Assembly: GCF_026571515.1 (NCBI RefSeq)
Contig: NW_026854430.1
Span: forward strand, 1 to 64,000
DNA: 64,000 nt
Reading direction: 5' to 3'
From: Ruditapes philippinarum
Taxonomy: Eukaryota
Shown here: piece by piece, positions 51,637-64,000 of the stretch
How the letters are laid out: every line of letters starts with the position of its first letter
Numbering within the stretch: the stretch's first letter is position 1
Notes under the pieces: generated by a model
Database searches by the model: none
Told to the model about the DNA's origin: nothing
Seen by the model: the letters and a program-made list of their open reading frames with translations, nothing else
Program-made: the position numbers and the translations under genes

Positions 51637-52013
51637 TGTCGTATAGCTGGTTGCACAGGCTAATTAGTCATACATGCTATATTCAAAAAGAATGACAAGT
51701 CAACATGTATATACATATATTAGGGTTTTATTTCTTAATGTGCACTATGGAACATGACATGATTTATGAGTATTATAGTGCAGGAGATGCATACGGACTA
51801 GCTTATGTCAAGATGATTTATATATGTAACTCTAAAACGTGTGTATTGATATACATTATAAAATGTCCTTAGGACAGGTTGATATTATATATACTATTCT
51901 CAAATGTCAGAGTAGGGGAGTTCAGTTTTGGTATTCAACTCGTTCACATGTGTGTTTGTATTTGTATATTAAAAGTATGTAACATCCGTGAGTTCTTCCT
52001 CCGTTATACGACA
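51637..52013 (+). repeat. 3' LTR (377 bp)
   Basis: Direct repeat of 43558-43935. Confidence 0.97.
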
Positions 52014-53665
52014 ATAGTGAAGCCCCAAACCGGGCAGGCATAGTTTGAAGATAGATCCCACAAAAGCATCAAACAATTGAAGCGATATCGAAGGGCTAAG
52101 TTCATATTGTTTTATATTATTTAGCAGTATATTTGAGGCTTTTAAGGCCTTTCCGACTATGTACTGGTTATTTAATACGAATGAGCCGGTATAATTAAAC
52201 ACCACCCCTAGGTAGTTGAAGTCATTAACTATTTCTAGAGGCACATTATTGAAATGCCAGCGCTCATTACATTTTAGCCCACCCCTACCACGAAACACCA
52301 CTATCTTGGTCTTAGATGTGTTAACTTGTAGGCCCCAGTACTGGCAGTACTCGTATAATTTGTCTAAACTGGCCTGCAAATCTTCAACAGAATGGCCAAT
52401 AATTGCCATATCATCGGCGAATAGCAGTATGATAAGGCACATATCATAAATAGATAAACCTGATTTAATGGATCCTTGCAGGACAAGTTCCAAGTCTTCA
52501 AGAAAAAGGGCAAACATGACTGGCGAATTATTTAGGCCTTGCCTCAATCCAATGGAAATATTGAAAAAGTCAGAATAGGAATCAGAATGTTTAACACAAG
52601 ACTTAACTATATTATACATAGACCTAAACATTTTAAAAGTTTTCCATCCAACCCAAGATGATACAATTTAAACCACAGTGCTTGTCGATAAACGGAGTCA
52701 AAAGCCTTTTGTAGATCTACAAATGCACATGGCAAACGTGACCCTTGCGAAATAACATGCTCTATGAGGTTATGTTATGCAAATATAGCATCTACAGTGC
52801 TGTGACCCTTTCTGAAACCGAACTGGGCGTCAGATAGAATATTATAACTTTCGAACCATTTCTCAACCCTAGCTGTTAACACACCAGTGAATAATTTTCC
52901 AAGGTTACTCAAAAGTGTAATAGTTGTTAGGGTCATTTTTACTTCCCTTTTTGTGGATCGGTATTATATAACCTTGTGCCCATATATCTGGGAAATAACC
53001 TGAATTAAAAACAATATTAAAAAGATCTGTTAGATGGCCTCCAATGATATCAATCGATTCGATTAAGTATTCATTTAAAATATTGTCACTGGGACATGGC
53101 GATTTGTTTCGGCCGAGTCGCTTGACTGCAGCGGTTACCTCCCCTAGTGTGATAGTGTGATAGGTAGGTTAAGCTCACCGTATGTAGGATCATGTAAATT
53201 TAAATCATTATTATCGTTAAAATTTTCAACCTCATTTATAACAGTTGTCGGAATATTATTAAACAAATCTGAAAAATAATTTTTAAAATGCTCTACTGTT
53301 ATATCATTTTGACATGACTGATTATTAGATTTAAAATATTTCCAAAACTCACGCGGTTTACTTTTTCTTAACTCCGAAAGCTTCCTACCTTCTTTCAATT
53401 TGTAAGCGCATTTTTTCTTGCGCACTATATATTTATACGTTTTACGCTGTTTGCAAAGTTCAATTCTATTTATTTCGGACTGGTTACTGTTATAATTGTG
53501 CAACGCGCGTTTATAAAGTATCTTATGGTCGACACATTCCTTATCATACCATATATTTAGATTTGCTTGGGAGGGTACATTATTTTTATATTCACGTTTG
53601 AACAGAGGCGACGCAACTTCCGAAATGATGTTTGTAAACATATCCACTGTGTAATCTATTCTATT

Positions 53666-54040
53666 TGTATCATAGTTTGGGGACCTTTCTGTTGAAAAAG
53701 TGTCAGAGTTAAATCGTATACATATACATGCACAGTGCGGTAACTGGAGTGCGGGTATCAGTTACCCGCACTCCAGATAATGCCCGTTGATTGGTTTATT
53801 TTTGCTGGGGTTTACATATTGTGACGGCAGAGAAAGGGAAATGGGGCAGAAATATCATATTCAAATGCTCGTTCATTGGTTAATTTTTTCTGGGGTTTCA
53901 TATTATGACAACAGGGAACGTGCTGTCATGTTTGACTATGATACAAAAGAGAAAGAACACCCAAACACTCGGCAATCTGATTTATACTCGGGGGCTACGC
54001 CCCCTCGTACAAATCAGATAGCCTCGTGTTTCGGTGCTCT
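53666..54040. mobile_element. 375-bp unclassified insertion in the LINE
   Basis: 7-bp direct repeat ttctatt (53659-53665 and 54041-54047). Removing it restores the LINE frame DLSNRIDY. No TIRs; internal 14-bp hairpin. Confidence 0.7.
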
Positions 54041-54784
54041 TTCTATTACTTAAATCACTACAATCCGCACTTACAATAAGATTATTTAGATCGGGTAATT
54101 TAGCTATAAGGCCGCGCCGAAAGATTTCTTTGTGTTCCGTGTTCCATTTGTAAACTGTGTGAACGCGAGATTCATTGTTATTAACAATATCCTCCGTTAA
54201 TGGTTTAATCGCTCGCATACCTAATCTCAAAGCAGCATGATCACTAAATATATTAAAGGGGCAAATTTCGAACATACTAAGCGTATCAAAATCGGGCTCT
54301 TTTAGAAGTAAATAATCAATTACACTATGCGCGCCGCGGCTATAATAGGTAAAACCACAAGAATTATCTAACTGGCCTAATCTCCCGTTAGCTACCCGCA
54401 AACCGGTTGCTTTACACAAGTCAAGCATTTTGTGACCGCATGTATTGCACAAATTATCAAGCGAGGCCCTGACAAGGTGATTATCGGGGGTCATAATTTC
54501 TAATATTTTTGTCACAAACAATGTAGTCAGGTTTATTACCAATACGACAGTTCCAATCACCTGCTACATAGATAGACTGCCCCACTCGTTTTATAAATTG
54601 AAAGTTACATATACATTCCGACGGATAATTACACACATTTCACAGAGCCTAGTGAGTTAATTATCGTTCATGTGTAGTAAATTATAAAATTGAAAGGAAT
54701 AATGAGAAAATGTTAACTTATTTTGACTTTCACCTGATCACTCTATATCTACCCATGGATGGGCATAATGTCACATAATGTTTA

Positions 54785-55520
54785 ATGTAAACGACCAATC
54801 GTTCATCAAGAAAACTACCTTTAATTGTAGGTATAAATTACCGTCCTCTCCGCGTGGCAGTGGTATGTCGTTATATATTTTGTCCTTAGAGTTCTTTGAT
54901 CTTTTGAATTAATTTCATTCCAATAAACAAAACGAATAATTTCATACGTAAAATAATAAAATGTCCAATACCTTACCAAAATGACATCAATTGAAATAAA
55001 CTTGCAAGTCACTTAAAAAATAATAGAACAAACATGAAATGATAAAATAAAAACTTGACAAATTAGATTTATGTTTAGTACCTTTTTGAAACATATAAGA
55101 AACATTTATATTGACGGTAAGATGTAACTTGAACTTACTGAACGTATTTATCTTTGAAAATCATTGAAATAGATTATAACCCTGAAGTAGCTAATTATTT
55201 TATGGATAATTTTATAAATAGCGTTAATTTACAAAACCTCTCATCAAGCATTAATTTGTCAAAATTATCTTTAAGGACTACGTTAACTTTTATGCACTGG
55301 ATGTAGTCAATCAAATATTTATTAAAACGCTATGCAGGAGAATCCTTGGGCAATATTCAAGTAAAATTGCTCGAAACCGGTACAACGGCAAAGAAGATAG
55401 TATCTTTTCTTTCTTTCTTTTTCTTTCTTCAGTTGTTTCTTTCTTTCTGTATAAACACAGAGTTCATAAAAATAAAAACAAAATGAAAATGTGCCCATAT
55501 GACACTTATTTCACTTTAAC
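54785..55520 (+). repeat. Diverged duplicate of ~37195-37780 (array spacer segment)
   Basis: Shared blocks aacttgcaagt, cctttttgaaac, tgcaggagaatc, aaccggtaca and aaatgtgcccatatg in the same order. Confidence 0.75.
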
Positions 55521-57249
55521 ATTGGCACATATACATACGTGTGTATGTTTTGTACAGTTCAAGCGCAAGAAGTAATAACTAATGCATAAAATTATGTTAT
55601 GATTAAAATGTTTCACAAACGTGTGGCTGAGGGAGTTTGAGGATTTCGCTGTGACTTTAACCTAATCTGTTCAAATCAAAAGCGGTATTCCAATGGTCAT
55701 CGACTGGGCTCTGTCACGTTACATACATCACGGTTTATAATTTTCTCAAAATTAGCAGCAACAATTTTGAAATTCATCATAATTATTTATACTAATTTCA
55801 ATTATATTCTTCTCTTTAAAGTCTATGGTTTCACAAATAAAATCAACAAATTAATAAGACGAAAACCTTAAAAAAAAACAATTCCAAAGTTATTTAAGTT
55901 ATTCAAAAGTATTATCTTTTGTTTCTTTTCGTGTGGTCCTTAAAGGCCAACTATGCCTCAAAAATACTTTTATTTTTATTTCTCAAAATCTTGATTTTGG
56001 TGTACTTTTATAGTACCCAAAGTTACCTTTAAGCCAAATACTGAAACCATCTTTTTCAGGCAATAAATATTAGTATGTTGTATGGAAGTCAAAATACTTC
56101 TTTGTTTACATTTTGATATTTTTATGGCAAATAATTTTACATTTATCGCTACTTTTTCAGGTAACAAGCACCAAAGATTTCTTAAACGTTATAAAAATTT
56201 ACATTATATTTACAATTCTACTATAGCACTTGAATATTTGAATGAAATACTGAACTTTTGAAAAATTTCATACATCCATCATTTATAGTTGTTTGCTGCC
56301 AGGGTTAATTATTAATATTGCATACAGGCATTCAAAAACAGCGAGTAACTTGTTGTTATTATTATTAATCAAGTGCTAAAACTCTTTCCTAAACCTAATT
56401 GATGTGCTATTCAATAAGTGTTAAATGGCTTTTTTATTAGTATTTCACATACCTAAAACAATTCATATGAAGGGCTTATCGTTAAAGATCTACTGTTGTC
56501 CTGTGTATTTTAAATGCGATCTTATTCATATCTTTTTTGTACCGAAGGTTTAAAAAGTGGAAATGGGTCACATTTGACATGTCAATAACACTTTTACTAA
56601 GTAATCAAATAAATGTACCAATGGCCATCTACTTAATTTATATTTTAACAAAGTATCAGATTGATGATATGTACAGAAGTGATCAAAAGACGGAATAATT
56701 CACATTTGGTATGTAAAACGTGAACTAAGACCACGTGAAAAAAGCATTATGTCCATCTACAAAAGAACCACATTATGAACCTATAACCATTTCCTCTTCT
56801 ATCCCATTGTTTACTTTCTTTCTATCAGTTATCAAGTTAGCTGTAACACTCATGTCAACTTTACTTATTCAACATTAAAGCAACACGCCTCCAGATTCAT
56901 GCTAACTTTCATGAAAATTTTGAAAATGTGTTTAAAAGTAGTATTTAGTGAAATAACCAAAAGGAAGCAATTTGCAAATTATCAATGGCACTTACAGCCC
57001 ACGTAAATTATGAAAAAGAGGACAAAATATGCAAAAATTGCTCTTACTGCGTTAGTAACGCAGTAGAAATTTAATCATAAATACTGAATAATCAGTCATT
57101 AATCGCACATAACATGTAAATTATTACTTGAATCTTCTTGAATCTTGAATATTTTTACTTTTCCTAAAATCTTAGTACATTTTTCTCAAATTTGTTTTTA
57201 TTGAAATATTTTCGCTCATCTGGAGGCATACAGCTTTAAAGAATGCTTA

Positions 57250-57680
57250 AAATTCACAATTCAACAAAGAAGTAAAGTGTATTTTATTCATTTCTCTCAC
57301 ATGGGATTGATAAACATGGCAACATCATAAAACATACAACCATGCAAAACAGAAACAACAGGTATGACTATACAAATAGCTCACAATTTTTAAGCATAAT
57401 GCATTTGATCACAGATTCAGGTATATAATTCTAAAACCGTTATATTTTATATGTAATACTATGTATCGAAATGAAACGTTTTGAAACTTTGGATGCAACA
57501 ATTTGGTTCAGCTCTCTTAAACATAAGTTCATTGGTTAATTAAACACTTTTCGAACATAGATAAACGCGTTCACAAACTAATTAAGTTTCATTTAGTTTC
57601 TTCGCAAAATTTTATATCCTCTCTCTTCACACGATTGCCGAGCTAAGAGTATTAAAGAAAATGCTTGGCATTTATTAAAA
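57250..57680 (+). pseudogene. Diverged outlier fragment of LRR module Y
   Basis: gattgataaacatggcaacatcat and aacatagataaacgcgttcacaaactaattaagttt match the Y copies. Confidence 0.55.
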
Positions 57681-58680
57681 GAAATCATCAGAATACATAC
57701 TAAAAAATACAAACGTATCTTTATAACTTCCCAGCGACAAAGGGGTAGCTTGGCCCTATATGTAATTTAACAGTGCTCGTGTTTAACCAGTCATTGAGTC
57801 CTTGGTAGTAATAGATCAGCCAAGCTCCAAATCTTCTGCCTATGTTCTGTGCCTTCTCTGCGACGTGCACGCACCGAGGTGAAGAGATAAGTCAATAGCC
57901 TCCATTATACTGAAAGGTTCTTGAAGATTTCCCAAAACACACGGATATTAGCACGTGATAGCACGGCTTCCGTAAAACGTGAGAATATTGACCAATCGAT
58001 AACTATTTTCTTTTAATAACCTGCAAAATTTTAAACAAAATGTGCCCATTTAAACTAATCAAAGGCCATAACTCCGTGTTAAAGGATCTGACCGTTTTTC
58101 TTTTTCTAATTTGTAGTTAATAAGAATTAATTAACCTGCTTATTAAAGGGACACCACTGACGGTTTTTTAAATGGCGGGACTGGAAATAATTTTTTGGAG
58201 ATTAATGTTTCATTTAAGACCAGGCGCAATGAAGACGACAAACCAAGAACTTAAAAAGTTGTGATCAAAGTTAAAAGTTTTCGGACGGCAACGGCAATGG
58301 CGACATAACTGTAACAATACCTCTATTTTCAAACAAAAATTGAACTTAAAATGGAAGCTGAAAGCGTCAATTCATGAAATTATTGTCTTAGAGAATGGAA
58401 CATTAAAAGTATATAACGATAAAAATTTGATCTATCAAAAGCAAATCATGGAAATCGATAAAGAAGATAACAAATTACTTGAAAATACTAAAATATCATT
58501 CAGAATGAGGTTAGAGATATATAAATTTTAGTATGTGGATATTTTAACTCCCCTTTCATGATGATTTCTTATAATTATATCAAGAATGAACTTGTATTAG
58601 AAGTATATAAATTTAGATTTTTTAACTTGGTCCCATATCAAGGTGATTGCTTGAGAAGTCTTGGAAATATGGGATAGTGT

Positions 58681-58822
58681 CATGGGTGAAAGTTGGAAAT
58701 TTTAAAAATCCTGAAAATCCTGAATTTAGCAGTTTTTCTATAGTTTTACATAGGAAGTAGAAGGCTTTAAGGAGACTGAAAATCCTGAACTTCAGGAATA
58801 GTCCTGAAAACTTTCACCCATG
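58681..58822. mobile_element. 142-bp MITE, 14-bp TIR, apparent 6-bp TSD
   Basis: catgggtgaaagtt...aactttcacccatg flanked by tagtgt on both sides. Internal aatcctga repeats. Confidence 0.75.
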
Positions 58823-60895
58823 TAGTGTTGATAATTATATAGTATCTCTAGTGAATCAAATATTTGATTGGTTTCATATACGAGGGCTGTTAGAAAAGTA
58901 TCCGGAAAGGTTTTATATGTATGCAACTGTCATATATTGCATTGTACATTGATTGAATGATTGAATTATACATTATCATTATTGAAACTCTAATAAATAA
59001 ATAAATAAATAGTAGTTCAAATCAGTGTACCAAAAGGCTATACCTTGACAGATAATCCAGAAAATGGCCAAGTGGTTTAGAAGCTAGTGTCCTTATATTT
59101 ATTTCTTTCAAATTTGGAAATAAATGAAGGATATATTTTCCTCTTCTTAAGAGCCTCTTTCAGACAGAGACTAAAATCGGTTGATATTAAATCTGTTAAT
59201 TTTCCCTTGAAATACCAACTTTATCAAGCATTCAAAAAAAATAGAGAAGGGAACAAAATTAAAAGAAAGACGCAAAATTTTTCTTTTATTTTTTATTCAC
59301 AATTATGTATAATTCATCTTTCCATAATCTATACAGAAATTGATTTTTTTACAATTGTGTCATAGGAAAAACGTTATTTCCACCAGATTCAGCTGGCCTT
59401 TAATAAACCATAGACAGACTGTGAAGACATGGCTATCTACGTCATTCAATATTCAATTTCATCAATTAATTATTTGTAATTTTAAAGTATACATTAATAA
59501 TTCATACTCTCTTGAAAGATTGCACTATATCAAAGGTTGCCAGTAAATTAAACAAACGTACACATAGAGTAAATGTCTTGCAAAGTTAGACACTATTTAC
59601 ATGTAACTACTTTTTTTTTCTTTTTTTTTTATTGTCAAAGTAGCTCTGACAATTAAGCACATAGACATGTTAAAACAGTTCTTTGTGTTTCTCAAAATCA
59701 TATCTGCTTAATGTATTGCACACAAACGTTTCATGAAAACATATGAATAAAGGTTTATAAATTCTGTGTCTATAACAGATGAAATGCAATGGGTACTTCA
59801 TATACCATGTAACCATCAACCACTGTTTGACAATCTTAAAATTGAAGAAAAAAATATATAACAATTTAACACATCATATTGGTTGATTTGAGCATATCAA
59901 TTTGTTTTTTGTTTTTTTTTTAAATAACAACATAAGTTAGTGTTGTTGTTGGTTTTTTTGGTGTTGTTTTATTTCATTCACAATTAGTCATTGTCTTTTT
60001 TTTTCTTCTAATCTATAAACTTAAATTCTCAGAATTCACTTATTAAATCAACTTATAAAATAATGACAAAAATCTCTTTAAAAAAAATCAACTTTTATCC
60101 CAAAGTTATTTAAGTGTCCACAAATTAAGCTTTTCTAAAACTATTCACTTTAGTTTCATCTTAACCAATAAAAATATATATATAAATAGCCTCTATGGCC
60201 TCTAATCATATTAACAAATTTTTATTTCATAATAATTCATCAGAAAATTTAACACTTTTCCTATAGCACATTTTTTTAATAAAATCATGAAATTTTTAAA
60301 AGATGTCCTATATCCATGACTGGTTGTTGTTGTTTTTTTGTGGTAAGTACAACTGACCAATAACATAGCATGCAGGCATTCAAATACATTGGAAACATGT
60401 CTAAATTGCTGCTATAATTATTATTAACCAAGTGCTAAATCTCTTTCTTGAACTTTCATCGGACGTGCAACTCAACAAAATTTTAAATGTCATTTTTATT
60501 AGTATCTCATCTAACTAAAATACTTCATGAAATATAAATATACAAATTAAGCCTAGTTCAAAATGGCCTTCAGTCCTGGGCAAGAAGAATGAGGTCTTAT
60601 TTACATTTTAACAAAGTATAACACTGGTGTTGTGTACAGAAGTTTCAGACAGAAAATATAATAGGCATTAAAATAGCACTCAGACCGTATGCAAAGAAGC
60701 ACTGTGACTATCTACAAAATGTAAACTTCTAAACCTATTACAATCTCTTTTTCTATAGCATTAGCAATCTCTTTCTCTTTATCATCAAATGAAACACTAC
60801 TCTCCAGTCTTCGCTCATCTTTAGTCATAGCATTTGAGCAACTGTCATTATAGAATGCTTACACATCACATTAACCGTTAAACAAAGTTGTAATT

Positions 60896-61058
60896 TTAAG
60901 AGAGCATTTCATCAATTTCTCTCATTAGTTCATCAGTATCCTTGCCGCCACCATCCAGCTCGAGATCTATGTCGTCATCATCATCCATGTTGAGTAAATC
61001 GTCTTCAAAGTCCATAAAACTCTCCGATATGCTTTTCTTCTCTTCTCTCCCTTTTTTA
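60896..61058 (-). CDS. ZC3H11A: Zinc finger CCCH domain-containing protein 11A-like, last coding exon
   Basis: Acceptor ttttctgtcacag. Phase-2 exon ...DFEDDLL...DIDLELDGGGKDTDELMREIDEMLS* resembles the ZC3H11A C-terminal motif (GKDEDDLLLELSEMI, recalled). Confidence 0.8.
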
Positions 61059-61577
61059 CTGTGACAGAAAATAAGGAAACATGAGTAGAAGAAGAGATTT
61101 TTAAAACAATAGAATATAATGTTAATAACAGCAGACTTATTTCTTCTCTAATCCATGTCAAAATGCATTGTTATGAATCAGTATTTTGTATGGAAGTAAA
61201 ATTACTACTTTGTTTACATTTTATTACTTATAGGACACATTACTGCACATTCAGTGCTACTTTCCTCAGCTGATAAACATCTATCATGCTCTAAATCCAT
61301 TGTTTAAACATTATTAAACTCATGTTTGACATTTCTACAGAATTTAATAAATCAAATATCTGAGGCATAATGTCCCTTTAATCTTTGTCTGCCAATCAGA
61401 GCATAATTACAACAATGTGTGTAGCGGCCATTTGTACATAAAAAAAACACGAGCAAATTATAAAACCATCAACACTCAAAAGCTTCCTTGGCTTAGCCCT
61501 TAAGCTGATAAAACTTATAGTGATTAGCCTTTATCACCAGTATAGAGCCAGACCAGAGTGCACATCCAAAATTGATA

Positions 61578-62080
61578 CAGGCTCCATACAGACATCCAAT
61601 GCCAAAATTCAAGGACTTTTTCAGCACTATTTAAGCACGTATTCCCATTTTTAAGCACATTTGTTGCACATATTTCAAAACATTATTCAACCCAAGGATA
61701 GTTTATTCACCATTTTCTTGAATTATACACATTTTCTTGCCAAAATTTTAAGCTTTTATAGAAGAACAACAAAGGGTGAATCAAATACAAATTAGTCCAA
61801 AACAACTGCAATTTGTCAACTTACTATTACCTTGAGGAAATAATTCAATGATTTTGATACTGAATTGGATCATTTTTTTGATTTTGTTAACTGTTGATTT
61901 TTATTAATACTATGTCATTCAATCAATTACAAGCATATTTTCAGCAAATTTAAGCACTTTTTAAGCACTTTTCAAGACAGTAATCAATTTCAAGGACTTT
62001 TAAGCACTTTTTTACATTTGAAAGCACTTTTTAAGAAAGGGACTCAAATTTAAGCACCTTTTAAGACTGTATGAATCCTA
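61578..62080. mobile_element. Intronic MITE with tttaagcac subterminal repeats and 5-bp TSD, nested in an older MITE (~61494-62131)
   Basis: Imperfect TIR caggctccatacag / ctgtatgaatccta, with tgata on both sides. Confidence 0.6.
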
Positions 62081-62142
62081 TGATAATGGATTTTTCCAAA
62101 AATTTTAAAAATTCAGCAGGTTCAGGGTTAAAACAGCCTTAC

Positions 62143-62533
62143 CTTTCATTAAAAGTATTAGATGGCTCAGTTTTCACAGGTGATACAGATGTTAGTGAGG
62201 TAAATTCTTCGTCAAATCCAGATTCATCCACCTTTTCACTTTTATCCACTACAAACATATCTGATTCACTTGAAAGTTTACTATCTTTTGTGATTTCGAA
62301 TTTATTTTTCTGAGTTTCTGTAATAATTTTTTCCGGTGCAGAAACTTCTGGAATGCTCGTTTTGCGTTTTTTCCAGCGAGATTTCGTTTCAGTTTTTTCT
62401 GTATTTGAAGCACTTGGTGGTTGAGACAATGTTTTTACTGGACTAGAGATGTTAGAAATGCTGGATGATATTGTGGATTGTGATGGTGTAGGTGATAGCC
62501 TGTCATCTGCTGATATACTTCCTTGTGATGATT
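62143..62533 (-). CDS. ZC3H11A: ZC3H11A-like penultimate coding exon (Ser-rich)
   Basis: tgtgtttcag acceptor and AG|gtaagg donor. 391 nt, phase 1 to 2, open frame ESSQGSISADD...NTFNE. Phases fit both neighbouring exons. Confidence 0.8.
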
Positions 62534-63378
62534 CTGAAACACATTTAAACATTGTATGAACACTGAATAGAAGATATGGAGGTTGCTTAATATATTCTAT
62601 AGAAATTAAATAAAATATACACAACTATGCAGAAATATTGATTATATTGAGTAAGTTTGATTTATTTGGTTATACAGCGCACCGACATAATATACGTCAT
62701 ATGGCGCCAAAACAGGAAAGATGATTTTTGCTAACCTCGGGTGTTACAAACTTAAAGCAACACCAGGGGTCAAAACTATCCTACCTGCTAAAGCCAATAG
62801 ATACATAGTTTCCAGTTATTAGAACCATTTGGTCGCCTTTTACGATTATGCAGGGATAAAAGGATTTGAAATACAAATAATAAGTTATAGACAAAACAGG
62901 TCTTAATTCTTTGAGAATATATAATCCATGTGCCAAATTTTTAGTTGTTAACACACAATATGTGCATATTAAAGCTGATTTTTACAAAAGATTTAAAGCT
63001 TCTTTTAATCATTTTCGAATCCACTTCCTGGAACTAACCAGTATTGGTCTCATACAAGGAATTATGGTTGTGAAAAAGACTCAAAACCATATTCCCTGAT
63101 TTGAAAGACACATACACCTTTAAACCACTTGGCCATCTCCCTTTCTTTTTTGGGGATTAAGTGATTTTGAATATACAAAGAAGAAACTATGATAGGAAAA
63201 ATTACCTCAAGGACCTTGTATTTAATTAATAATAAATTTTCAATATCCAAAATAACTTTTAGATATATTGTTAAATGTATCCATTTTATCAAATCTCAGT
63301 TATTTCAACACATCAAATGAAATAGCTATATATAGTTTTTCCATGTTACACTTTATAGAAATATAATAATATTCCTAC

Positions 63379-63496
63379 CTTTATCATCAAATGATATTGG
63401 TGTATATGGTTTTTCTTGTTGAGCTAACAATCGTTTCCTCTTCTTCTCCGCCATGATTTCTGCAAATGTCTTTACAGTGGCATCTTTTACTTCCAC
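63379..63496 (-). CDS. ZC3H11A: ZC3H11A-like internal exon
   Basis: tttgcag acceptor and AG|gtagga donor. Encodes VEVKDATVKTFAEIMAEKKRKRL; the VKT/SFxEIxxEK motif is characteristic of ZC3H11A. Confidence 0.8.
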
Positions 63497-63786
63497 CTGC
63501 AAACATTACATAAATATGATATATTCCTGTAAAATCTCTACTTTAACTTTTCAATTTCATTGCTGTATAACTTTTCCTCTTGATCTATTCATAAGATGAG
63601 ATTGATGACAATTCAAGCACTGTTGTTAATAAAATGACGAATGAGGTCATAAAACCTACGTCAGTCACCGGAGGACAATAAGTATAGGTGTTAATGTTAC
63701 AGCTAATTATAACAAAGTCCTGTTGCCTTTCAAAGTAAAAGGACCTTCTGTTCTCCTGCCACCAACCTTCAGGTGGGGCTTTTATT

Positions 63787-64000
63787 AAACAAGAGGGTCA
63801 TGATGGCCCTGAGGTCGCTCACCTGTATATAGGCCCCCAGAGCGGGGCCAGTTTAAACCCCAGGGCTTTATTTGAACATACTTGGAAGACACCCATTAGA
63901 AGATGTTTCAGGATGTTAATAAGTTTTTACTACACACATATAATGAAAAACAATGATCTCCCCCCCCCCCCCCCCCCCGGCAGGTCCAATTTTAACCCAA
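63787..64000 (+). mobile_element. 5' part of a HINE/pearl-like element (intronic, runs off window)
   Basis: aaacaagagggtcatgatggccctgaggtcgctcacctg start with a short hairpin, then repeated ggccagtttaaacccca-like units. Confidence 0.55.

Larger units (their letters stand above)
43558..52013 (+). mobile_element. Full-length Ty3/Gypsy LTR retrotransposon
   Basis: Two LTRs TG...CA, 4-bp TSD atag (43554-43557 and 52014-52017), and gag plus PR-RT-RH-IN domain order. Confidence 0.97.
42383..54564 (-). mobile_element. 5'-truncated RTE-X-like LINE, degenerate, with two nested insertions
   Basis: TSD tacataga (42375-42382 and 54565-54572). AATAAA plus (GTTCT)n tail. Begins at the APE motif AGDWN. 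LFADD in 51969-52631 and C-terminal CQFC...EDEYHFVLKC in 42755-43555. Removing the Gypsy restores NYACPVWGFTMSKELE. Confidence 0.9.

Noticed and set aside
43558-52013. Identification as the clam Steamer element
   Set aside because: Steamer has a single gag-pol ORF and much shorter LTRs. This element has a -1 frameshift, ~378-bp LTRs and a long 3' region.
57720-58340. GC-richer stretch resembling SINE/HINE fragments
   Set aside because: No ends, TSD or clear family motifs, so boundaries cannot be supported.
60967-61161. 64-aa track ORF MTWIREE...
   Set aside because: Wrong frame across the intron/exon boundary. The spliced ZC3H11A-like frame explains the sequence.

Overview
AT-rich eukaryotic DNA, most likely from a bivalve mollusc (inferred from the SINE, MITE and HINE repeat types). 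Positions ~1-42.2 kb look non-coding in the ORF track. Reading the + strand through stops and frameshifts shows they are an almost continuous field of decayed leucine-rich-repeat (LRR) coding sequence. It is tandemly amplified as ~9-10 kb higher-order units, with 4 copies of module X and 7 copies of module Y. Copies share the same stop codons and are mosaic. Module Y ends in an LRRCT-like motif, a Ser/Thr-rich stalk and a hydrophobic tail, with no TIR domain recognised. Inserted in the array are a full-length, nearly intact RTE-X-like LINE (2265-7218, minus), MITEs, SINE relics, a HINE-type element and a 3 kb element with ~600-bp TIRs carrying a spliced mini-gene relic. Next is a 5'-truncated RTE-X-like LINE (42383-54564) containing a young Ty3/Gypsy element (43558-52013). 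The Gypsy has near-identical LTRs, a -1 frameshift signal, and a candidate spliced small membrane-protein ORF after pol. The window ends with the last three coding exons of a ZC3H11A-like gene on the minus strand. All translations and alignments were done by eye; no database searches were run.
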